A stretch of 64,000 bases of DNA from positions 50,653 through 114,652 of the forward strand of contig JALMLS010000390.1 in the NCBI GenBank assembly GCA_038496445.1, in the 5' to 3' direction. The stretch is from Trichosphaerium sp. ATCC 40318. Taxonomy: Eukaryota > Protista > Tubulinea. The notes under the pieces are model-generated. The model did not search any database and had not been told where the DNA came from. It saw nothing but the letters and a program-made list of their open reading frames with translations. How positions within the stretch are numbered: the stretch's first letter is position 1; every line of letters begins with the position of its first letter. The translations under genes and the position numbers were made by a program. Positions 12,430 to 26,159 of the stretch are shown here, piece after piece.

Positions 12430-13608
12430 CTCGTGAGGTTTTCAAGTGCAGCAAGAGGCTATTTTGCTATTTTCGGACGGTCTAAAAACGTAAACAAAAA
12501 AAGAAACAGCTTAATTGTACAAGCCAAAAACCGTACTTGTAGTACTATGTAAGGTAGATTATCATGTTTCTGTTTGATCAAATCGGCATAGAAGGATGAT
12601 TCTGCAGCGTTTGAGTTAAACTCCGTATGAATATTGTTTATGGTATTGATAGGCGTAGTAGAACAATTTCGTGGCATGACGAATTCTATTGTTCAAATCA
12701 AGCTATTGTAAGAAATTGATTTATTGGCTTTTCTTTCTGCTACAAGAACTTCTTGTTTTAGCCGACGAGCTTTTTCTGCAAGAGTACACATAATTTACGC
12801 GCCAATCTTCTACGCAGAGAAAGTACACCGGAGTAGATTGCCAAGCAATTAATTTGATTAAGCGGCTACAGTGATGTCTGAAGAGCGCTGCGCACTGTCA
12901 GTTGTTCGAAACTAAACAGAATATACTTGAACTGCACGGGAACTGTTTAAGCATACGCGGACTCTGCTTGAGTGGTTCTTTTTGATATATACGCGCTAGT
13001 TTTAGGATGAAAATGTCAAAAAGCTTAACACATAATTCAATTCAATGTGCTCTGTTACTACTAGAGGTTAACGCCAAGTCTTTCCCTGGACTTGTATGAC
13101 GATTTACCCAACAAACGATAAAATTGTGTCTTAGCACGTTTTATTTGCTCTTTACTAGGTAGGTGGAACAGTCTTTGTTGATAAAGTATTCAATAAACTA
13201 AATCACGTGTCAATTTGCGAAGAAAACTGTCATTAATCCATGTTAAAGTTTCAAAAACCTATCTTGAGTTTGCTGTAAAATCTCAATATCTCATGCCGTT
13301 CAGTTGATTGTGGGTGGTAATAATGATTGTGGAGTATCTAAACCACAACACCTTTTGTAAAACAACCCGAACGGCGCTTGATCAATAATATCTGTAATAC
13401 ATACTTAGGTTGACATTTAGATAACATACACGTGTGGAGTGCAACACAAACGAGTTGAAGACTCTGAAGAAATATCAATGAAGCAATCAGCGTAGTTTTT
13501 TAGAAACAACAGTCATTACCTTACTCACTAACCAACCACAAGAAAACTTAGACTTTGATTTCATTTTAAAATTGTTTGTACATTTTATTGTCATTTTGTT
13601 TTCTGTGG

Positions 13609-16600
13609 TTACTTTCTGACAATTTCGAAAAAGTTCAAGTTGATAGAACGTGTCATAAACAAAATACGCAGATTATAAGTACCAGCAGGTACAAATCCTA
13701 AATCTGTTTGAACAGTAATCCAGGATTGATAACCTCCTGTTCTTGTGAATATAACTCTTCTTCTAGTAACTCCATTTAGGAAAACATCAAATCCTCGTCT
13801 TCGTCTTCTCCAAGCTGATACACGTGCTTTGAATATGTACTCACCAGGCTCATCGAAAGTTACACTGTAAGTAACAGACTCACGACGTTGTATCCAACCG
13901 ATGAAACATCCTGAATCTGGATATTCTGGGTCTATTGCAGGTGCCATATCAATACGATTTCGTCTGTTACATCTCAGATTGTTGCTGCATGTAGGTCTGC
14001 CTCTATCGCGGCGAGTTTTATCACGGCAAGCAATGTATGATTCTGCTTGAATAATTCCTGGTCCAGCATATGCTGCAGTTGGAGCAGCTGTTGGCGCATC
14101 AGTTGGGGCGTCCGTTGGCGCATCAGTTGGAGCATCAGTTGGAGCGTCTGTTGGAGCATCCGTTGGAGCATCAGTTGGAGCATCCGTTGGAGCGTCCGTT
14201 GGAGCATCAGTTGGTGCATCTGTTGGTGCATCTGTTGGCGCATCCGTTGGTGCATCAGTTGGTGCATCTGTAGGTGCATCTGTTGGTGCATCTGTAGGTG
14301 CGTCTGTTGGGGCATCTGTTGGTGCGTCCGTTGGGGCATCCGTTGGGGCATCTGTTGGAGCATCCGTTGGTGCATCAGTTGGTGCATCTGTAGGTGCGTC
14401 TGTTGGAGCATCAGTTGGTGCATCTGTTGGTGCATCTGTTGGAGCATCTGTAGGGGCATCTGTTGGTGCATCCGTAGGAGCGTCCGTTGGGGCGTCCGTA
14501 GGAGCATCAGTAGGAGCATCAGTAGGAGCATCTGTTGGTGCATCCGTTGGAGCATCCGTAGGTGCATCAGTTGGTGCATCTGTAGGCGCATCCGTTGGAG
14601 CATCAGTTGGAGCATCCGTAGGAGCATCAGTAGGAGCATCAGTAGGAGCATCTGTTGGTGCATCCGTTGGAGCATCAGTTGGAGCATCCGTAGGCGCATC
14701 AGTTGGAGCATCAGTTGGTGCATCTGTAGGCGCATCTGTTGGAGCGTCCGTTGGAGCATCTGTTGGAGCATCTGTTGGAGCGTCTGTTGGAGCATCCGTC
14801 GGAGCGTCTGTTGGCGCGTCTGTTGGAGCATCCGTAGGTGCATCAGTTGGCGCTTCTGTTGGCGGTTGTGGTCCTACAATAGGTTAGCATATGACACTAA
14901 AAGATACTGAGCGTACCATTTGACATACACCATTCAGAAACTGGAGGAGTCGCAGGTTGAGGTTGTACATGCTCTACTGGATCAGGTCTGAGGTCTACGT
15001 AATTATCAACACAGCCAGGAGGACCGGCTCTTAAAGAAGAAGGTGGTCTAATACAAGCGTCAATAGACATACAAAATGAGGTTTTTTGGTTCTAAAAAGT
15101 TGTACCCAAGTTCGTTGCTTTGATCGGCAGGTAAGTTGTTGATGAGACTTTGGTCTTGTGTGAAAAGACATGTATCAAGTCTAGCACCATCCTCACGCAT
15201 CTAAAAAAGTAAGAAAATGAAAGATGTTGGTGGTTTTTTGACAATGATGAACGTACCCAAAGGTTAAGTGTGTAGTCACCAGCAGCAGGGAAAGTGTATT
15301 GAGCGCCTGATCTTGGTCTCCATCTAAATCCAAATGCTACTCCACCAACTCCTGAAGAACCTTGAAGAAAAATCAGCAACAATGTCCTAAATAGGTGGCA
15401 AACAAAAACCTAACATGTGGTTCATTGTACGCACCTGTTTGTTGAACACCGTCCACACCCCAATGGTATGAATCATCGCCACAACAACGACCACGTCCAC
15501 GACAAGTGAAATAGTATGTACCAGGAGTAGTAATCTAACAGTAAAAGGTTAGCAACACATACTGGAATGATTGCCAAAAAACCAAAGGGCTGGTTTTTTT
15601 AATTGCTGATGTACCTTAATGGTGTAGTCAAGTCTTGGTGAATCAGCTAGATTGTTGAATTGGTTGCCTTGATCAGTAACCATAACAAGAGCATTTCCGC
15701 CTAAAACACATTACTTAACATTGTACAAACATATCATTCAAAAACGTACTGGTTCCAGCCTCAGTAAATGTTTCCCACATGATGGTGTCAGATGAGTTCA
15801 TTGGATTTGTTACAGCGTTGTTAGCATCGAAAATCTCGGCCTCAACAACAACTAAACCGTTGTTCTCAACGTAGTGATCACAAGGAGGCTATAGGTTATA
15901 CTATTAGATAACAAGAATACCAGTTTAAAGAGCGTACAGGTGGTGGCGGTGCTGTCTCACCAGGTAGAGGAATATCAGAATCAGTAAGTGTCATTACTTG
16001 AAAGTGACTTTGTGGTGTATTGTAAAAGTACGGTCTCTGTCTATCATCTGGATGATCTTGCCATAGAGTATCGTCCCAAACATGTACCCAAGCGATGTCA
16101 CCGTTTGGTTTTGTTTGAAAGACATCTATAGTTTAGAATATTAACACGTGACGATCAGAAGGGTTTGTTATGAAATAGCGTACCATTTCTGAGAGAAAAG
16201 TACGCTGTGCGCGTGATATCTTGTGGTCCACGTTGGAACACACCCTCTAAATAATTAGTTAGTTCAAGGAACAAATACTTGACGGTGATTGAGTTTTTGG
16301 TAGGTTTGTTTTCTTACCTTCATTGATTTCAGCAACATAGTAGTGCTTTGGTCCACTAACAATCTGCCATTCTGGCGTAGTGTACCAGAACAACAAGTAG
16401 TTATTACGCTTGTAGCTGATGATACGACCACCGCGGGCCCATTTCAAGTTGTAGTCAGTGAGCCAATAACGTTTGATAACATTACCATCAACATCCAACT
16501 GAAAGAATTGTTAAGTTGTTTATTATCTGACTCAAGATAGCGTACCTTCATCATACCGACGTCCATACCATCATCCCATGTTTTTTCAGCACCATATGTT

Positions 16601-18229
16601 TGGTAACGTGGGGCACAGAAAGTTAAAAGGAACGCATCACCAGCGTGGTTCAAGATAATATCACCTTTTGGAAAAGTAAGTAAAAAGCTTGATTCTTGAA
16701 CAAAAGTCTTAAATGCCCGTACCAAGTCCTGCTTCAATTCTTACGTTGAAACTTAGGTAGTTGAAAATAGAAGGATCTGATGACTGAGAACCTGTTCTAC
16801 CAGGGTTGATAACATTCATGGTGTTAAGATCACCAAGATGAACTAGAAGAAGCCGTCAGTCTAAAATTCTACGATGTGCTAGATTTAGCGTTTTTCTTAC
16901 TTGGGAGGAGATTTCCTGAGGTAGGATCAGCTCCAATTCTCATGTCAACAGGATGGCCATTACCACCTTTAGTGTAAACGTTAGAAAAGCACAAGGAGAA
17001 AACAAAAAACAAAGAACGTACCCCAACATTTACCGTACACTTCAGGTGTAGGTGTTGGTATGCCTTGTCCGTATTGAATATTTCTTGAAGGATCGAATTG
17101 AGGTGGTCCGTCAGCAGAGAAATATCTCCAACTTCCGCCCTCGTGACCAACAGTTCCAGGGAAAGCGCCTTGAAGAAAATTGTAAGAAAAGAAAAAAAAA
17201 AACAATCAATTCCATAAAAAAAAAGGTACGTACAAGAAGGCACTCTTCCAGAAACAGGTGTGAAAGCCAAATACGATGCTCCCCTTCCGTAAAGATTTGG
17301 AGAGTATCCTAGACGAGATTCACCTGAAAGCCTGAGAAGAGTATTAGTGGACGAAGAACGTAAGACAAGTAAAGAAAAAATGGCTGAAATTGAAGATATT
17401 CGTACCATTGCCAACCACCTATTCTGTTTTCAATAATCTCTTCTGTGACTTTGTTTCCGTTTGAATCAAACTTGACAAACATAACATCTTGCCATTCGGC
17501 ATCTTGATTTGGTGGAGGTGTTTGATCTTCATAACGAGAGTACATAAGAGCCATTGATCCATCATCGTGAAGATGAAATCCCATTGCTCTTCTTGGGTAC
17601 ATTTGATCAATTTTCATATCATTCTAATGTAAAACAAACATTAATAAAACAGACACGACGACATACAAGAACAAATTCTCCTCAAATACTCCGCGGAGGA
17701 ACCAAAAATCCAAAACAAGATATTTGACCAAAGACAATTTCATTAAAAAAAACGTACGACTACTGTCCAGTTGCTGTTTGAGTCCAATGTAGTGACATGA
17801 ACAGCTCTTGTATCTTCTCTTCCTTGTGCAGTACAACAAGGGTAAGTACCCTCAGTCCAGAACAATACAGCATGTCCATTTGGCTTCATACGGAACCACA
17901 TAGGAGATACGATACCAGTGAATCCAAGCCTAAAAAGGAAAACGTTAAAATCTCTCTCCGGCGCGCAGTATATCGCTTTAAAACAATTCCAGTAGTAGTA
18001 CACCACTGTTTTCTTTGATTATACGCGTATAAAAGTGGACGTACTGAATCGCTGATCGCCATCTGTAGACACTTGAGTCAAAAACGATAGGAGCATCTCC
18101 TGGCGTTTCAACCTTAGTTACTTGTATATTAAAAGGGTCTTTCCACTCTGGGTACGGATTTTGTGCGTTGCACAATCCTATGAATGCTAGTAATACTACT
18201 AGCTTGAGTACTATATTGTACTCTGTCAT
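13609..18229 (-). CDS. Large secreted modular protein: N-terminal beta-rich domain, CBM/GH115-C-like beta-sandwich, (PTDA)n stalk, C-terminal CBM6-like module
   Basis: Signal peptide MTEYNIVLKLVVLLAFIGLCNA and many GT-AG exons. Middle module HYVENNGLVVVEAE..SPRLDY..PGTYY..DSYHWGVDG..GDYTLNLW-MREDGARLD. Terminal module IIQAESY..IGWIQRRESVTYSV...GEYIFKARVSA..TGGYQSWITV..AGTYNLRILF..INLNFFEI follows the CBM6 pattern. Confidence 0.8.
14089..14862 (-). repeat. Coding 12-bp minisatellite, about 64 units encoding Pro-Thr-Asp-Ala
   Basis: Plus-strand unit (a/t/c/g)gc(a/g)tc(t/a/c)gt(t/a)gg equals minus-strand CCN ACN GAY GCN; variation is almost only at third codon positions. Confidence 0.95.
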
Positions 18230-20653
18230 ATTGAATATAATGAAAGGGAGTTGCTGCGAACTAGGGGAGAATAAGCCAAATATGATCAAATTAGGAATAA
18301 TGGTTTGTAATCAAAAAAAAAATGTCACGATATCAACTAACTCCACAAACCTGCCTTATACGTATACTTGTTCCTTTATATTCCTTCTCGCTGTATTGAT
18401 GAACTCAACATTCTTAACTACAAGTAAACTTCAAGTTAGACCCAACTTGAGAAATTTGTGAGTTTTTCAATTTTTTTGAGTACTTCGTTTTCAATACAGC
18501 GCGGTAACGAGAGTCTGAACTATACGCGTTGAATATCAAGCGAATTTTAGGTACGCCTTTGTATTGAAGAACAAAACTATCAATTGTGTACTCAAGTACA
18601 ACAGAAAACATACGTATTGAGCTCAATGCAACCCTCCATCGGTGAAAATTGCCCGAAGAAGAACTAATTAAAAATTCGCTGTATTTGTCTTTGTTTTTCA
18701 ATTATGAGCACTGTAACAACTCACAAACACTACTCGATATCCTTGGTTATCTCGTAAGTACGTAACATCCCAAACTAGTATAGCGGTCATAGATTCTATT
18801 CCTTTTTGGTCAACTAGCGAACAACTCTTTATTACGCCCTATTACGTCATTACATGATGGTATGAGCGTAGTCATACCGTAAAATACGATTATTACGAGT
18901 AAACAAGCGTGAACAAGATAAAACAATCCACTTTGAAATATTTTTTTGGTGGAAGGTTTTTCGCTACTTCCATCAACTGTCCATAAACAAGACGCAGTTA
19001 ACCTTATTTTCGGAAACGACTCCGAACCCATTGCCAAAAAAAAAGCTGGTGCCGTCATAATTCTACCTGTTTAGCGCTTTGACATCGCGTAGTTCGAAGT
19101 TTCATGACACTCTAAATTTTTCGTACATTGCACATGCAACAATGTAGCCTATAAAACTTAATTTTGTCTAGTTGCGGGTTTTAAGAATGGGATAGTTGGC
19201 GGACATAATGATCTGGATAAGCTTCGCTGTAAGGTCGAAGCTTATATGAAATGGCCACAGCACAAACACACAAAGATAGCATTCCTATTCATCAACGCTT
19301 ACGACAGGGTTTTTTTTTTTTCAATAAATCAATGAATCCAAAGTTCCGTTTCACCCCAGATGAACATTAAAGGGTTCGATACGCTGATATTATGAAGGTT
19401 TTATTTTCATGGCTGGATCCAGTCGTACAATTGGCTATTAACAATGATTAACACATTGATAGTACCAAGTTAAGGCACATGCACAAAAATCGATAGGTTG
19501 AATTTGTTTAAACTGTTTTTTTTGTTGAAACTGTTTCGTCTTTTGTGTTGCCTAACTGTACGTGATGCACATATCTTAAGTGCTACCGAGTACGAACTAA
19601 CATTTTAGAAAATATATCACTGATAAAAGCGAGACTAATTGCACAATAATAGCGCTTGTATTAAATAACCAAGTAATTGATTCTATTGCTTACAACAGCT
19701 CACTTTAAGCCAAATTTAGATTTTACACCTCTGCTATTAGTATAATCTTTATGTACATCACACTACTATTAACGTTTAAGTCCAAGTAGTAACGTGAGAT
19801 GACGTAAATCGAATTTTGTCAACTTAATTTGTGCCGACTTAATGACGGTTCGCAGAGACGGAAAATAGAAACACTCGTAGCAAAATGGCTAGTTGGCTGA
19901 AGCTAATACTGCTAACGCTTACTTTATGTTGGTTGCACACAAATGCACAACAAAACCATATCAACAAGGATTGCACATATAAATGGTGTTCTAAACTATA
20001 TCATGTATACGATAACAGTACGGAGTTTGGTTTGTATCGTTTAAGCTAAAAATGGTCGAATCACTTTTATCGAAACGTTTTTTGCTTAATTCGTTGTTAC
20101 ACGTATTAGATAAACGTATTGATGAGCACCTACGATGTATTAACCTGTGGGGAGTGTGCTCAGCTGATAGGATAATGCATAGAGTGCGGAGAAACCCTTT
20201 TTTAATCAAAACGACTTACAGTGTGTTCTGTGTTAGGATAGTAGTATAGATAAGCATATTACAAGTATATTTGATGCGGCAGAGTGCATAACATGCGAAA
20301 GACGGAGTTTTAAGGGAAAAAGTTGCACAAGAAAAATGAATGAAGAATCAAGAGATTTCTACCATGACGTACATATTTGTGAATAAGAAAAAAGAAAAAC
20401 TTGACAATACCATTCCAAAAAAAATCGAAAAAAAAATGTATTTGTACTGAGTAAAGTAAATATTAGGACTTGTTAGTCCATACATATAATAACACTATTA
20501 TACTTGTATATTTTAAGGTTATGTAGAGTGAATGAATTTTATCGCGTGTCCAGTTTTACTGATATTTTTGACGTTAGAATTTTTTTTATTTTTGGAAAGT
20601 AAAAAAAATCTTGTTGTGCCATTTCAGCTGTTTAAAATTGTTGTGTATATTCG

Positions 20654-23645
20654 TTAAACCTGGTATATGAATGCTCCACTTTCTGGAGGAGTCGCAAACA
20701 AAACTTTCTCAATAGTCTAGCAGTGGTGTCAGCAGAAAGAAGAAAACAAAGGTAAGTTTTTACGTACCTTTAGCGCATCAGGTTTGGATTTTGCGTAGTA
20801 TGCATCACGCACGTGCTTGAAGAATTTTTCTTCAATTCCTTGTGGTATTAAGGAAACAGTACATCCACCTAGATGATTGAATTTATGAGACAACAAACCC
20901 CAGCGAAACAACAAACTAAACAAGAAACTTCCAAAAAGGGACGACTGGGACTTGAACCCAGATTAACACGTTCCAAACGTGCGGTGCTGACCAATTACAC
21001 TATCATCCCTCGCCTTGAATATAAAGGCTCCTTCGATAACGTAGCGCTCAAAAGAAGCGAGAAAAATGGCACAGAATCGCAAAATAAAAAAATTGAAAAA
21101 ACAATTTCAGATGGAACAAAGTCAATCGTTAAAAGCTGGTACATACCCCAACCTGCACCAGTCAAACGTGATCCATAAGCCCCAGCTTCTCTACAGAGAA
21201 AAAACAGTTAATAAACAAAAAAAAGCAATAAAACAGACTCATTACCTGCAAATTTGTGTTAATGTATCTAGTTCAGGACAACTACAATCGTAGTTATCTT
21301 TACAACTAAAATGACTTTGATTCATCAAGTCACCAAGCTTCTTGAGTGTATCCTTCAATTAACATAAGATTTTTGTGGTGAAATAGAAAGAGGAAGGCAG
21401 TCTATTTTGATCTCTGCGAAGATCTTACGGGCAAAATGACTTACACCACTTTTTGAGCCGTTGCATAGGTTTGCGAAATCACGGACTAGCTTAGATTCCA
21501 TATAAACATGAAGTGCTCTTAGATGACAGTTGAACTCTTTTGCTTCTATTTTATCACCAATGTAACTTTTTGTCAGTTCTTCAACCTAATGATTCAATTA
21601 AAACCACTTTTGTAAAAAGTCACTCAGGAAAAAAAAAGAAAAAAATTGGTTGCTCGATTATCAGTCAAGTCAATTTGTTATTATTAAACACCCACAGAGC
21701 CGCTGTAGGTTTTTCGAGGCACACAACGGAGTAATATTTGAGACTGGAATGAACCTGAAAGAATTTGATGATTGTTTTCTTCAAAAATTTCGACGGCGAC
21801 AGGATTCGAACCTGCGAGCCCAAGGGCACTTGATTTCGAATCAAGCCGCTTTAACCAACTGGCTACACCGTCATTGCTTGTATAAACACCATGCCCGGTG
21901 TCAATGCGGCCAGAAAAGACACAAAAAAGCAAAAACAAATAATGAAGAAGTGATTCAAAGTTTAACCTTTTTTGGAAAGTGAAAAAAATTTGTTGAAAAG
22001 AATTTTTTCTTTTGTTGTATTTACTAACCTCTAGTCCCATTTCTTTTGCAATCTCATCTCTGGTATATGCTTCCTTATGTAAGTGTTTCTTTACAAAATC
22101 AACAAGTTGATCTAAAGTATACTCTCCAAGATTCTGTACATCCTTTAAAATCTTGACATTTTTCCATTCTAAGCCAAGTTTTTTTGCAAGCAAAATTGCG
22201 CCAAGACGACACTCTACAACCCTTTCAAAAAAATTAGGCTAAAGATAGACCATAATAACACATCCAAAAGAGGCATACCTCATATTATAACAAGTATCAG
22301 CTGATAGATACTTGTAAGAGTCGACTAAACTGTTTGCAACGAAAAAAACAGCTCTAAACAATGACATCAGAATGTTGAAAAAAACTTTGTCACGTGGACT
22401 TACCCCTCTGGCAATTGTATTTTTTCAGCACGGACTGGATTAAAAAATATACGAGATGCCTGTCCTTTAAGTCCAAGGTATGAAATAGCTTGATCCATTC
22501 CGCCACTCTGAAGGCCAATGTAGTTTTCGCATTTTGCACATAAATCAGCCAACTCAAGCTAAATAAATGTAAATTATAACCAGCTCATGATTTCAGCTTT
22601 CTTCGCTTTATTTACCTTTGTAAAAGGTAATTTATTGGCGTGGGTAGTAGCAAGTGCTGCAGCGCATACAAGAGCACTAGAACTAGATAATCCAGAACCC
22701 TACAAAGTTAGAAAATGAGAAACAACTCAAGTCGTAAATCAAACAATAAAAACAAAAAATAGGAAATACCATTGGTACAGAACCCCAAACAAGCGCTTGA
22801 AAACTCACTTCCTCGCCTGATGCGATGCTTGCTTTTTCCAGAACACCTTTATACCTGAAAAAAAAAAGGAAATGTCAACCGAAGATTAAAGACACTTTTC
22901 TCGCTTCAAACCCACTAGATGAAGCAAAAATAATGGTATTTTAACGTACCCTGCCTTGACGTAATTGCTCCAGCCATGTACAGATGGATCAATGACGAGG
23001 TCAGCTAGTTTTTTAGTAAACGACATGGCATCAAATTTTGGATTGTAATTCGAAACGGAAATGTCAGACGACTCTGGCGTTAAACGAACAGCGAATATGA
23101 CATCGCGATCAATCGCCTACGCAGCGTTATAAAAAGGGACTAGAAACATCCAAAAACGCCATGACGCCACAAAAAATTTTAAATGTCGAAATGTGGCATG
23201 TAATGTGGTAATAAAGCGTTTAAATGTTCGTTTGGTATGAGAAGGTACAAAGAGCAGCATAAAAGAAAACGATCACAAAAGTGTCATTAAAATGATTTAT
23301 CGCTTGTGCAGCGATTGGTGCGCCTTTAAAGAGTTTTGGCGGCAATTATGACGTATTTTGTACCATTGGTAAAACAGGGTATCCACAATAATCTACATGT
23401 TCCCCAATGATGTTTACGCGACCCTTTTTCAGCTTGTTAGTAATTTTGACAGTTACAAAACAACTTACCGGTGCTCTACAGAAAAAATCAGGCTTGTTGC
23501 CATAACAGGACTCAAATTTAGTGCCTAGTTCAGCATAGCGCCTATAAATCAATAAACAAAAGAAAGTGTGAAAGTGGGTCTACTTTTTGGCATGTGCTGA
23601 TGCTACGGGTCCTAAATCCGTGTATACAGGTGGTTTTTCGCTCAT
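20654..23645 (-). CDS. Galactokinase / N-acetylgalactosamine kinase (GAL1/GALK2 type, GHMP kinase)
   Basis: [139 protein letters not shown]. Confidence 0.95.
20937..21009 (-). tRNA. tRNA with anticodon UGG (nominally Pro) on a Gln-like body, inside a galactokinase intron
   Basis: Reverse complement GGGATGA TA GTGT AATTGGTCA GCAC C GCACG TTTGGAA CGTGT TAAT CTGGG TTCAAGT CCCAG TCGTCCC T gives a full cloverleaf with A and B boxes, followed by a T5 Pol III terminator. Confidence 0.88.
21791..21872 (-). tRNA. tRNA-Ser(CGA), inside a galactokinase intron
   Basis: Reverse complement GACGGTG...CTTGA TTCGAAA TCAAG, long variable arm (GCCC TT GGGC), GCAGG TTCGAAT CCTGT, CGCCGTC G73. TTTTT terminator 3 nt downstream. 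Confidence 0.93.
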
Positions 23646-24015
23646 TGTCACAAATATGCCACTTGTGTCCAAAATACATTTTCAACTACGTTCTCGGCAA
23701 CCCAAATGGTTATTTTCTTATGTGCACTAAACAACCATCACTTTTCAGTTTTACCGGTTCCTCTTTGCAAAAACTACAAATAGTATTTGTTGGAGTTTTT
23801 TGGACACACAAGTCGTCTACTAACTAGGAGTTTTTACCAAAAGCCTCTTGGTCATTTTCTAAAACAAAAACAGAACTAGAACAACAGCAAATTGTTTTAA
23901 TTTAATTTAATGGTAACAATAGAGTTGAGGGCGCTTGCATCTTTCAAAGATTCCTATTTTACAGCGTCGAGCAAACTATCCCGTTGGGGCTTTGAGGAGG
24001 AGACGTCAGGGTGCT

Positions 24016-24931
<916 letters not shown>

Positions 24932-26159
24932 TTAGCCTAACAGAAAGGTTTTTGGTTTAGCCTAAACCACGGAGTTTGGCGGGCAAAATCGCATACTAAA
25001 ACACAACTGATTCAAGAAAATAACTCCACAGGCTTTGCTAGAAGTCCTTGACGCCATTGCGGTTCGTGAGGAAGTGATATCATCAAAGTACACTATAAAA
25101 ATGAACAAAATACATCAAACACCCCTTTTCAATACCCAACATCGCACATCAATAATGTAAGGTCCGTGCGACGAATTAAGCGGTTTTCGTAATACGCGTA
25201 AACCCATAAATAAGTACTTGTTTAAAATGACGAAATATGAAGCAATCTACAACGCGCGCTAAACTGCAATCATTGTTTTAAACATTGCAGTTTAGCGTGA
25301 ATTGTAGTTCCAAATAACTGTGAACATTGTGGCGACATGAACGTGTTGTCATTATTTGATAAACCAGCTAAGAGTTTAGAGTAGACATGTGACAACGTGA
25401 AGCATCCGGCATTACAATTAATTAGCCTAAAGCGGCAAAACACACTTCCCGTCAATACACTACAGCATATGCAATCGTTGTCTGGATCGTTATAGAAACA
25501 ATGGACGCATCTCAAACCAGATTGTTTTATCAGATTGAGGCGAATCCATAGGAAGTCACACTTCAAGACGCGTCATCTAGAATAGTTTAACCACAAATAC
25601 ACGCAAGCAATCGCATTCTGTCTTTTTCCTCGTTTCCTGAAACTTACAATATTTTTCAACCACGTCTTTTTTTACGTTCAGCTATTCCGTCTATAAATAC
25701 TCAAGTGCGTACACAAGTATATTGAAGGTGCATAGTAGAAGTGCTTCCACATCCAGACTCTGGACACAAAATACTTCGAGAAATATAATTGCTGAGCCCT
25801 GACCCTTTGATTGAATAAATACTTCGATGGATGTCATACGACTTCGGTCAAAGGGAATAGTCTGGATACCTTACTTCGTAACTCTGGTTAATGAAAAGAA
25901 ACTCCTTTCTTCGTAATTTGGCATTAATGATAAGTGCAAAGCATGAATTATTAGTGGCCTACAACAAATAGGAAGCACGCTACGCCAACACCTCTTTTTG
26001 TTATGTTCTGTAGTGATTACTCTTGTAGTATCAATAATATCAGTCTTACGTATTGGTTATGTGCGGTCGCGCATGAACTCGTTTTTAGATGAGAAATAAA
26101 AAACTAAGCATTATTTTTTTTGAGCTTGTCCAGCCAAGTGATAGGATTTTATTTTTTTT

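Noticed and set aside
12459-12677. N-terminal exon of the PH-domain protein
   Set aside because: Splicing joins it out of frame with the PH domain, and an in-frame TGA precedes ATG 12429. It is at most a uORF or 5' UTR exon.
14089-14862. Possible CRISPR array
   Set aside because: Contiguous 12-bp coding units with no unique spacers, no cas genes, and a eukaryotic context.
13974-14910. Long Gln/Met-rich, Trp/Cys-rich and His/Leu-rich ORFs in the track
   Set aside because: These are alternative-frame shadows of the 12-bp repeat. Only the PTDA frame has variation confined to third codon positions and joins the flanking domains.
18300-20600. Short ORFs in the 2.3-kb gap
   Set aside because: No recognisable motifs, no consistent exon chain and no RNA-gene structure were seen.
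20937-21009. Genetic code change (CCA read as Gln)
   Set aside because: CCA occurs at conserved Pro positions in Rac1 and GH27.
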